From Vicugna vicugna (lineage: Eukaryota), in contig MU058387.1 in NCBI GenBank assembly GCA_013265495.1, positions 434,001 to 498,000 on the forward strand: DNA of 64,000 nucleotides, given 5' to 3'. Below the pieces are notes generated by a model. It was given only the letters and a program-made list of their open reading frames with translations. It was not told the DNA's origin and searched no databases. The translations under genes were made by a program, and so were the position numbers. Below, piece by piece: positions 25,420-35,600 of this stretch. Positions within the stretch are counted from its first letter, which is position 1. Every line of letters starts with the position of its first letter.

Positions 25420-26192
25420 CTGGAGGAAAAGAGATGGAGGCATGGGAGAGAGAGAGAAGAAAGGGCAAACTGCAAAGTCCTGGGGGAGATTGAAGGTTCT
25501 TGTGGGACTTCAAATCATGGTAGCTTGACTTTCACACAAGATTGAATTCAGCTGCCAAAAAAATGAATCTACTCTTTCTTCTTTTCTTTTCTTTTTCTTT
25601 TTTCCAAAATAGTATTAAATTTATTTCAACAGGCTGTCGGAGCTATTCAGTTTCGTTATGAGCTGATGAAAATCCATCATTGGCCAATGACAGAGCCTGC
25701 CTTTCCCTCACTCCAATTTTAGGTCTGAGTACAGCAGCAGTGGCACTCATGTCAAGAGGCAGACGCCTCACTGCAAAGTCTTCCTCTGCGAGATTAAAAC
25801 TTGGCCTCTGTTTCTGCAACCCAGAGTCACCCATCAGCAAACCCGCTCTCTTGTCATCTTTCCCAGGGAAGAGCCATTCATTCCATCAGAGAGGTGTGTA
25901 TATGACCCTGAAGTCAGACACACTCTGCCTCTGATCTCATCTATTCCCACAGACTAATCAGAACCAGACTGGATCTGAACTTGACCCAAAGGCCTCAGGG
26001 AGGAGTGACTGTTGCCTGTGACTCATTCGTGACCTGAAGTGTGCTGCTTCTTTTTTGCCTTGGAGACTTCACGAGGGTTTTTTTTTTTTCCCCAAAAATC
26101 TACATCCTTCCTCTCCCTGCCACTGTCACCATATGGCATTTGTAAGTCTGCTCTACCGGAATCTATAACAAAATTCAGTGTTTGGCACTTAC

Positions 26193-26249
26193 CTTGGAAG
26201 ACTTGGGTGAGCTAAAATGTGGATAATCCATGCCCACTGTTTCGAGTTT
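26193..26249 (-). pseudogene. Exon, 57 nt, of the TTC6-like locus
   Basis: Acceptor tcctccctccag| and consensus donor aag|gtaagt. Confidence 0.55.
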
Positions 26250-27017
26250 CTGGAGGGAGGACCAGAAAATCTGGAGTTTGGAAAGACTCCTCAGGTGTTT
26301 CTGCTGCAACTAAATTCTAAATGCCGCTGAGAAAATGATAAAGGATCTGAGTGTCCAATTCAGACAGTCCTACGACTTGCTTGTTTTGTGAATTTGGGAA
26401 AATTACTCTCTCAGAACCTCACCTGTCTCATCCATAAAACCAGGATGACAGTACTTGAATTCCTACTACAGTCGTGCAGTTCAAGTATATGTAAGCTTCT
26501 CAAGCTCATAGCAAGCCCATAGTGTTAGTTATTATTTATCATGATGATAATAATATTCTTTATATACATAACAGCTTGGTGAAAAAAAAATGATGGATTT
26601 AGGAGTAAAGCTGAATTCGAATTCCAAATTTGATATCTGTGGCTTTCAAGAGACCAGGATTATTCCTTTTAAAAAAAGTATATAGATTGAGTGCCTCAGA
26701 GGTAATGGGTACTATTCTCAATCCTAAGCAGATAGTGAAGCATGAGATAAAAAGTTGCTTGCTCCCTGGTGTTTCCCACCTAGTAAGGAATTAAGTAAAT
26801 AACAAAACACACACAAAGAGACATACAGAAACATGCACGCAGATATTGAAAAGCCTATGGAGAAAGTAAAGCAGGTATTTGGCTAGAGGGTACTAGAGCT
26901 AGGTGGGAGATAACTTTGGATAAGGTAGCCCAGAAAATTCCCAAAGAAGGTTACATTTGATCAGGTCTTGAATGAGAAGGAGGCAGCCACGTGGCAGGTC
27001 TCCGTTCATGCCCTCAC

Positions 27018-27164
27018 CACGGCTTATTGCACGATGTTAAGCTTGATCGCGTTCAACATTTGCCAGGTTTCTGTTGCGTCAAGTTACCACGTTCCGCCAT
27101 CCATGCTCTGTCCTGTGGATGTGAGCGACCAGGTTCCGTCCACTTTTCTTCTAGTGATAGGAGC
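27018..27164 (-). pseudogene. Candidate pseudo-exon, 147 nt
   Basis: Acceptor tttcttctag| and donor |gtgagg. CpG-rich unique sequence; all three frames contain stops. Confidence 0.4.
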
Positions 27165-27729
27165 CTAGAAGAAATCATATTCAAATGACAGCCAAGCAAG
27201 AACAGTTCAACAAGAAACGGGTTGGGGGTAAAACTGTAGAGCAAAATTCCTGCCCTGAATTCCACTTTGGAGGATCTTAAATTTACCCAAGATAAGCAGC
27301 TTGACTGGATTATCATCCTAAAACCTCAGACAAGCTATTTCCTGATCTTCTTGAGGCTCGTTAAAGTGGAAATCCTTGTCATTCCTAAGTCTTCTGTATT
27401 CCTGCCCATCACTTCACGTGAAATGATTTGTTCCTCTGCTCAGTACTTACTCAGGACATAGTTGGACAAACCTCAGATATGGTCTTCGCCACAGGTGCAT
27501 CGCCCCCAGACTAATCATCAGATGTCACCTGCAAGCATGGCAGAGACCAGGTGAAATAGGCACAGTCAAGAAAAACTGAGTCAAATTCACGGAAAGCAAA
27601 AATCTGATGATGAATGTTTTCACACCTGTTTACTCATTGTCCCAACCCAGCCCTGTAAACTTGAAGATTTTCAAATAGCTTTACCCCCCAAACTACCTAT
27701 TGAATTATGTTTTAGAAGTCCTAGGTCAA

Positions 27730-27902
27730 TGGCTCTCAAGCTTTGCTTCCTGGAGAACGAGTTAGGGCACAGATTGCTGAGCCCCATTTCAGAGCTTCTG
27801 ATACACTAGTTCTGGGGCAAAGTGCAAGAAGTTACATTTCTAGCAAGTTCCCAGCTGACACTGATGCTGCTGGTACGAGAAGTGTACTTTGATAACCACT
27901 GT
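27730..27902 (+). mobile_element. MER5A-like hAT element
   Basis: cagattgctgagccccatttcagagcttctgatacactag...catttctagcaagttcccagctgacactgatgctgctgg...actttgataaccactg. Confidence 0.75.
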
Positions 27903-28129
27903 CCTAGATACATCATTTAATTCTAAATCTTTTTATTAAAAAAAATTGGAAACTCTGGTTTTGGTATTTTAATGAGTTTAAGTTTTCATAGGCTATAGTT
28001 CTTAAAAAGATACATGTGACTGAATGATGTTGGGGCGCTGGGGTGGTGGAAAGGCAAAAACCCAGTCTCAGTCTGGGGGCAGCTCTCAGACTTTGTGTCT
28101 GAGCTCACCGCGGGTCTAACTGGGGACTA

Positions 28130-28586
28130 CGCTGTGATGAGGTTCAGGACCCTGCAGTGTGACAGCAGTCATTGTGACCTCCCCGCCTTCACCCTTCTTC
28201 CTCCCAACAGGTGGCCATCACCCTTCTGTAAGAGGTGCCCTCCTCATTCCCAGAGGAAAAGAGCATCCTTATCTCCAAAGACAAAGAAACACCAAGAAGA
28301 ATCCAAACAAACAGAACTTCAGAGCATCCCCAGTTGGCTGCAGTTCCTTCGTACCCCTTACCCTATCCTATTCCTCCAAAATAGGCAGACTTTGCAAGCT
28401 TAGCACAAAAGTACACAGGTCTGTCTCTGTGGCTTTTCATTTCCTAAGGAAGTCTCCTGTGTCACATAAAACATGAGTCAAATACATTTGTAACCTTTTC
28501 TCCTGTAAATCCGTCTCTGTCCTTTTAATTTTCAGATCCGGGCAAGGACCCTCAGAGGACTCAGGGAAATTTTTCCCTTCTCTACA
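28130..28586 (+). mobile_element. ERV1-class solo LTR remnant
   Basis: LTR-like R/U5 end (gtctcctgtgtcacataaaac...aaatacatttg...cttttctcctgtaaatccgtct...tttcccttctctaca) ending in CA. 5' boundary approximate. Confidence 0.6.
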
Positions 28587-28925
28587 GCAGCAAATGCCTT
28601 GCAGTTCAAATTCTCTCTCTGCCCCATCCTGCTTCCTTCATGCCCTGAAATGTGGGGCTCTCTGAAGTCCTCTCCGATATGTTTTCTGCACGGAGATGTG
28701 GGTCTCAACCTAGAGATGACACTTGATCAACACCCGAATGAGTGGTGACAGTTTCATGTGTGTTTGCTGGTGGGTGTTCCAGGTTGCACAGACTCTGAAT
28801 TCCTGCCACCCTGACAAGAAGCAACTGGTTTTAATCAAGGACTAAATCAATATACGTTCACAGATCATCCTAGTTTGGCTCCAAAGAGACTAAGTTAGAA
28901 TTGTCAAGTGGTGGTACTATTTTTA

Positions 28926-29076
28926 CTCATATATATCTCTCTATATATGATATATGAGTATATATACTATATATCTATAGTTGATATATATGAGTATACA
29001 TATCATGTATTGTATATATACACACACACATATTATGTACATAATATGTGTATATATGTATATAAAAATACACATA
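28926..29076. repeat. (TA)-rich microsatellite
   Basis: Directly visible. Confidence 0.9.
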
Positions 29077-29439
29077 TCTCCTGAAAAAAAACTAGATGCA
29101 TTTTGCATATTCCTATAAACTACTTCCCTCCACTGCTGACCTTACTCTGTATAAAGATTGACTAGTCTAATCATTCACTTTATTTAAAAAAAAAAGAAAG
29201 CTTATAAAAATATTTAAATAATATATTAAGCAAATGGATTGATTTTTTTTAATATGAAAAGCATTTTCATGTTTTAAACAACTCTTGGTGTGTAAATGCC
29301 TACCCTAGTACATATATTTAACTATTCGTTTGGTTGAAGAATTTGGTTTGTGTTTTTTAATTGCATTCATATTCATCATTTGCCTTTCAAAGCGATTTTT
29401 GTCTATTAAAAACACTGTTTTACATGCCAGCCAGCATGA

Positions 29440-29838
29440 CCTGTGTGTGACCACAGATCTCCCTCGAGAAGGAGCTGACCTCTGCTGTTCTTTCCTTTCT
29501 CAATGTTTCCCTGAAAGCAGGTGTCACATCTGTCACTCGCCGGCCACAGTAGACCGGGCTAATGAAAACTTTACACGATGTCCGTGCGGCACCGCCTCTC
29601 CCCCGTGAAGTCGTCTGATTTGTTTGTTACGCGACATCGGAACAGGGCTAAGGAGGGCCACCACTTTTGCACAAACACCAGCCTAAATGTTTGATGGCTG
29701 GAGAGCATGGTCTGCATTTGTTTGCATTTCCCACCGGGTTCTTCCACAACGGGGGTCCACGTGCACTTGTTGAATGATCTGAGCAGTCAAGGGAAGGATC
29801 TTTGTACACACTGGAGGGGGGCAGTTTGGGGAGCTTAG
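29440..29838 (-). pseudogene. Candidate pseudo-exon in the TTC6-like low-complexity N-terminal region
   Basis: Acceptor tttcctgcggtcttacag|. Starts KLPKLPPSSVYKDPSLD; CpG-rich unique sequence with stops. 3' boundary uncertain. Confidence 0.4.
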
Positions 29839-30355
29839 CTGTAAGACCGCAGGAAACAGGTAATCACTGATGATTTGGGGAACAAAAGGTTGATTGTACC
29901 CTTTTCCCCTTGCTGCCAAAATTGTACTGCCCTGTGGCCCCTCCTCTGCGATTTGCTACAAGTTGGCTAATGGTCATCTAATTGAGGTGAGCACCCAACA
30001 AGCATGTTTAGTAGTTGGGAACAGTTACTATGTTATTCTCCAAATGAACAGATTCGAAGCATAGAAATTCCATGCTTCGGCAAGGCACTCGTCGTGACAT
30101 GACGGGCTCTGAGAGGCAGGGGACTGAGCTATTGAATTGTCTTTGCTAGTCTGTTCTGATCACAAACCAATATACGCACTTACATATTTCATCCAAGTAT
30201 TGATATCAACCTCATGAATGTTTCCTAATTGCACTCCTTAGTGGCCCTGCAAACGGCCAATTGAGTGTTAGAGGTTGACATGGGGGGAAGGTAGCTAACC
30301 CTCCTATTAACGCCACTAAGTAGGGTAAACCTGTTCTAGGATGGAGGAAACTTAC

Positions 30356-30403
30356 CTTTGGTTTCCAAGTTGCTTTCAACGTAACAGTTTCTTAGAAAGA
30401 AGA
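30356..30403 (-). pseudogene. Exon, 48 nt, phase 1-1, of the TTC6-like locus
   Basis: Acceptor catttgtag| and donor aag|gtaagt. Reads FFLRNCYVESNLETK (~ISLMGKMYLKTS). Confidence 0.55.
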
Positions 30404-31263
30404 CTACAAATGACAATGGAAGGCAAATATTGAATCTTGAAAAAAAATGAAATTTTTATTGCAATTTGGAAGCAATGGTTGTGGTCTGAGTTACATACTG
30501 GCAAAAAAATTAACACAAGTACTACAATTAGACTTTTGCTGTAACCAAAAGGAAAAAAAAAAAAGTCTTGTACCATTTGTGCTAACCAAATCCAGGCAAT
30601 ACTGCAGCAATAATCGGCCAAAATGTGACAGTTCAGAGAGCCTGCCTACTTCCATTTGGATTTAATTATAATTTATTTGAGAACCAACTCTTTTCCTGCC
30701 CAGATATTTTCCAATGCTTGTTGAATTAATCTTTTAAGAAAGGGTCAGCAGATATCGATAGAAGCATTCATCAAGGCTAATTTTCTCACACTAGCTATCA
30801 TATTTGACAAGATTTGTGTCAGTTGAAGTTGTCTATCAAACCTTCACATCTAGCGAGAATAAGTTATAAAAGCCGTCAATATAACCCAACCGATTTAGAA
30901 AATTCTTCTTTTACAACACACCCCATTTAAAAAACTTCATACAGTATAGTAGAGCGTGGTCTGAGCTGGGCCAGGAACCAGCGACAGGAACAGAGATGAC
31001 TCACTCGCCCAAGCTCTCTAAGCCTCTACGGCTTCATTTCAAAATTAGGAAGACTAAGAGCCACTCTAAGGTCATTGGCTTATTTTAGAGAAATTAATAT
31101 AAATAAAATGTCTGAAATATTGGGCAAGACCTATGAAACTACACCAATACAAGTCTCGGAGAATCTACTAATATTAAGTTTTCCATAACACTATAAAACT
31201 AGAGAATTTTGTCATCTACAAAAACACACATTTTGTCAATTTTTACTTTAAGGCATTTCTCAC

Positions 31264-31372
31264 ACACATGAAATCTCCTTGTAATTACACTTCTCTTCTT
31301 GAGCATCGAGTTTCCCTGGTGTCCTGGATGAGTTAGTTGTCAGTGAGGAGGAAGGCTTGGTCTTCATGATAA
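31264..31372 (-). pseudogene. Candidate TTC6-like pseudo-exon
   Basis: Acceptor ctgtttag| and donor |gtgaga. Reads LTDN*LIQ...CNYKEI, versus ASDQTIKELIRSVLGQNYDI. Confidence 0.42.
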
Positions 31373-32717
31373 CTAAACAGCTGAAACTGGTCTTATTGCA
31401 GAAAACACATGAAGCTTGGTGCTCTGAATGTTTCAAACATCCCGATGGCTTGGGAAGTATCATATTGAATCTATTTACTCCACCAAATAAAGTCACCAAT
31501 ACATTGTTTTCCCAATGGTCACATTCACACCAAAACATCTTGAAATAAAACATCTTGAAATAAAAGTCAGTGCCAACAAGTAACAGTTTTTAATTATTTA
31601 ATATTTTAATGAGGTATAATTTTGTAGCCTTTTGAAATATTCAGTAACTTGAAAAATCTCTTAGGTTGAAGACCTTTGAAATTTCTTTTAATTAGAATCC
31701 AAGAATGATGCTTCAATCACCAGGTTATCAAGTGATGTTTCCAGGACTGAGGCATCCGATCAAGCCAATTTGTCCCATGGAATACAAGTAAACTTTTGAA
31801 AGGTGCTGTTTAAATTTATTTAGTTCTAAAAAAATTCATTTGGGTGAATCTTAAAGCTTTGGAGGCAAGGGAAAAAGAAATACTCTTGTTTCATTTTTTT
31901 TTTAACCTTAAAATGCATATTCCCTTAGTTGTGTCCACTTGACTCTGACAGAGATGAGGGTGAAAGGCGGTTACTGTAATTTCACTATAATGAGTAACTG
32001 TGATCCTTGCTATACTAGGGAATAGAATAAAGCCTTTACATCTTATTTTGGCACAATTCGTAGTGTAAAGGACACTGAATGTAACTTTTCCTATTATCTT
32101 CAGGGTATAGTCTGAAAAACAGACCAATAAATACCTAGTACTCACCAATTCCAAAGTGTGGTGTTAGCTTACCTAGGCATAAGATTAATTTGTTGCTATT
32201 AATATTAATGTTGTTGTTGTTGCAAAGCTTGAATAAAATTGTTGCTGCTGCTGAGACTGAATAAACCAGGGTATGTGGTCACCTTATTCACAGATCATTA
32301 AAATCTACTTTTTGCAGCCTTTTGCTCATCTTTCATGTTGGAAATATTATACAGGGTGACTAGAGCTGGAAAATCCAGAGAAAGAACTACACTGGAGCAA
32401 TTTGCAAGCCATAAACAGCAAGGCTAAGAGGCATGTTTTCCACGAATAGCTGAATTTGGAGATGGAAAGCCAGTAGGAGCCAAGACAGCACCCACAGTGT
32501 CTTAACTTCCTCTCTGTTCACCTGATTCATCCCTCTTCCTTTGCCCTGGTTTAGTTGATCTTTCTCTTGGTAGGTAAGACAACCAACCACTGGGTTCCCA
32601 CCTCCTCTGGTCAAGAGATGGGCTGCCTGTAAGTCTCAATCCTAGTTCCCCAGGAGAAAGAATGCCAGAGGCCCAACTTAAGTTTCATGTCTGTGCCTAT
32701 CTGCCAGAGACAATTAC

Positions 32718-32745
32718 ACGTGTGTGTGTGTGTGTGTGTGTGTGT
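32718..32745. repeat. (TG)n microsatellite
   Basis: Directly visible. Confidence 0.95.
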
Positions 32746-32960
32746 ACATGGTTGCCACAGACCCAGCTCTGTGGGCGGGATGCACAGTTCTCGGGGAGAA
32801 AGAACTCTTGTGAGCTGGGCGTAGTACCTCAGGTGATGTCCGCAATATGGTGCAGGAGCTTCTCCATGGTACCACCACAAACACTATCATTCAGGGGTGT
32901 TGTGTCGCATGGTAAGGATGAGGCCTTGCTGTACCACTTCGAATCCACATGAAAGTCAAG
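32746..32960 (-). pseudogene. Candidate N-terminal pseudo-exon remnant
   Basis: LDFHVDS...HATQHP*MIV..GGT, versus TTC6 RDFYLRS...HQALKKPPVIASGFGT. Weak. Confidence 0.3.
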
Positions 32961-34400
32961 CACAGGCTCAGCCATGTTTGATTCATATTATTCTCTGGGT
33001 TGCTTTCCATAGGTACACAGATGTGTAAACTGCCCTGCCAAATTGCCTGATGAAAGATCGTCTCGTCAAACCCATTCAGCCTTTTGTTTTTCTTCCATCT
33101 CAGCCGATTTCTATGCTGTGGTTATTTATTTTTTTTCCCACATGATTTAAGACCACAATTAATTTAGAAAACGTGAAAAATATTTCATTATTTTATTTCC
33201 ACTTTAAATGCCTTTATTGTAAGCCATATGTAGGAATGAGCGATGTGATCATTTGATTTCCTGAATGAGAGGGCTCATTTTTTTGTTTTGTTTTAAGCTA
33301 CTTCAATCTGTATCCAAAACGAATTGTATTAATCCATTTGTCAGAAAGCTTCTTTTCCAAAAACCACTTAAACTACTTGTGTGCTTTTATTAGCAGTGTT
33401 CATAGTAAAGAAAACTTCAGGGTCATTCACCTCACCCTGATGCTGCTCTGTAAATCCACAAGTAGCTGTTACCTCTGGAACAGAAGAGGTTGCCCTAGAG
33501 CATTGGCTTTGGTCTTTTGTTTGGAATAACACCATTACACATGTCATTTGGGTGTTCATGTGGTTCTGTGTAGGGCATTGTCGAAACGCATCGACTTTCT
33601 TTGTTCTGCCAGTTGAGTTAGAAACCACCCAAGCCAAGACTGGACAAGATCACCCAAGACGGTTCATGTGTAGTGCGATGGTTTGAGGCGAGGGAGTTTT
33701 TGTAACTTGTGAGTGCTAAAGACATTTCCAGCCGTGATGGATACGTTCAAAAGAGCAGTTCATTATTTTTTTTCATCTAATGGTGATTTGGGGCATATTA
33801 ATTCAGCAACCTCGGTAATTTGAGACCCTTCAGCAGCTGTGTGAAGCTGGAGAATCCTAGAGAGAGAACAGAGTACGAAGGAAGCCCCACTTCAGAATGT
33901 ATCTATCAACCATCAACTATCACTTTCTTGTCTACTTGATAACACTTGAGTCTTTTCGTTTGTCCTCTTTTGCTTTTAGGTTCTTTAGCTGGTTTATGTC
34001 TAAGGGACAGGAAGTCTGAAATTTGAAACCCCACCCGGCTCACTGTCCTTTTCCTTTCTGTGACCGTGAAGGGAAGTCGGAAACTTCAGTAACACCGTGT
34101 TTCAATTATTTTTATTTTAGACCACATGGGCCGAGACTGCCCACCATGGTTTGACAGGATGTTGCTGTGTCTTCTTGGTAGGGGTTCACCAGCCTTCAAA
34201 GAGAGAGATTAGGATTCTTTTGACTCAAAAAAAAAAATGTTAGCTACACACACAGACAACATCTCAGAAGGATACATGAGAAAGAACTGAATGAGAAAGA
34301 ACTTATGAATGAGGCATGCTTTCTAGCTATATTCTCTTGTTGAAGAGGGGAATATCTTATGGGAGTTTAAGAGCTCTGCTTCCTAAAATTGTGGAAGTCA

Positions 34401-34726
34401 TAGGTCCACAGCCCCTTATCCAGTACTCCTGAGGTCAGAGGGAATTCAGAATTTGGAATCTCTCAGATTGCGTGTCCTAAATGTTACGTGACACCCCAGA
34501 CAGATCTGGGCAGAAAGAGAGTCACACTACTAATTTTGCAGCAAAGTGGGTGACTGAAGAGAACAGACAAAGATTAAAAAGACTCTCACATCAAGTCTGG
34601 TTGGGATTTCCATAAAATTAGTTCCTGCCGGATCAGCTTTTGCCCCCACATAGATTATAAAAGCTTTTTGTGTTCAGAGCTTTTTTTTTTTGATTTTGGA
34701 ATTGCAAGCAAGGGATTGTGTACCTA
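34401..34726. mobile_element. TcMar-Tigger-type MITE
   Basis: Terminal inverted repeats taggtccacagcccctt / aagggattgtgtaccta with TA ends. Confidence 0.7.
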
Positions 34727-35407
34727 GATTCATAGGTTTCAGACATATTGTAGGTGCTCATTAAATACTGATGAAAATGATTGACTAGTTCAATGAATGG
34801 TTGACTAATTGAATTAATGAGTAAGTGAGCGAATGAATGGTCTCTCTCTTATAAGGTAGAAAATAAAGAGGCTAAAATATTTTATGATTTAATAGGATGT
34901 CTAAAGGTGGAAGTGGGCTTTAAAGGGGAAGTTGAAAGATGAAATAGGTGATTTATTTTCCTTGCATATTATTGCACTTGGGACCAGGGTGCTTAGTCAG
35001 GTTTCGTGTTTGATTCTCTACATCCTCAACTTGCTCCTCTCACCAATCCTTCTAACCTTTCTCCTTAAAGCTTTAAGTAGCTACTGACAGCAGGTTACAC
35101 TGTCACCCAGAAAAACATGATATTTAAGAAAATAGATGGTTGTGAGTACAAGCTATTCTTCCACATAAGAAAATGCTGCTTATTTTGAAGAGATTACACC
35201 AGTATTTAGTCATTAAAGAAAAAAAAGGTGTTTTGATTTCTAAAGTCTGTCACATCTCTCCTGATTCTTTCGCTCAAAGGAAGAGTGTTCTGCACATGGA
35301 AAGGGTTGTTATGATTTGGAGATTTATTTTACAGTATGTTTGATGCTATTAAGAAAAAGAACATGACTCAGGAAAGAGAGTACACTGAAACAGCTTATAC
35401 ATGTTAC

Positions 35408-35600
35408 CTTCACCTTGGAGAAGCCTTGCGTGCCTTGAAATTGCCTTTCAGCTGACTCCCTGCAGGCAGAGACGTCCCCTCTGCCTAGTCTGCACCCGAG
35501 TTATTCCAGAGATGCTGAGTCTCCAGATCTGCCAGGGACTGTCCTGGATTATATGTGTTTTCTCAGCCTATTTGTTCCCTCCCATTCTCAAAAGAATCCC
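35408..35600 (-). pseudogene. Candidate first coding pseudo-exon
   Basis: Donor aag|gtaaca. VPGRSGDSASLE*...CRESAERQF is faintly similar to the TTC6 N-terminus TPRHFGLKYKEE...VRQETKKDF. Confidence 0.25.

Larger units (their letters stand above)
469..35600 (-). pseudogene. Multi-exon unprocessed pseudogene of a TTC6-like (tetratricopeptide repeat) gene; probably continues past position 1
   Basis: Series of minus-strand AG...GT-bounded segments whose frameshifted translations match recalled human TTC6 motifs colinearly (RIFTG-TPV~RILYGIPV; CLYESY*~TLYPKYE; ELSQP~EELSKP; ISEAE-MYQ~LSKAEIYR; RAL-GDYSV~RALQDYSV; GC..RQGVLY~GCFLHRGIVY; AFCDLES~AICDFET). Stops or frameshifts occur in most segments. 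The comparison is from memory, not an alignment run. Confidence 0.72.

Noticed and set aside
25643..25840. 65-aa minus-strand ORF as a further exon
   Set aside because: No convincing splice boundaries and no recognisable TTC6 motif.
31532..31561. 15-bp direct duplication aaaacatcttgaaat x2
   Set aside because: Simple slippage duplication with no inserted element between the copies.
33470..34010. Two further exon-like segments (acceptor near 34000, donor near 33470)
   Set aside because: Plausible N-terminal remnants, but I could not match their peptides or fix both boundaries.
469..35600. Functional TTC6 ortholog
   Set aside because: Pervasive frameshifts and stops, and only motif-level similarity, far lower than expected between mammalian orthologs; no gene symbol assigned.
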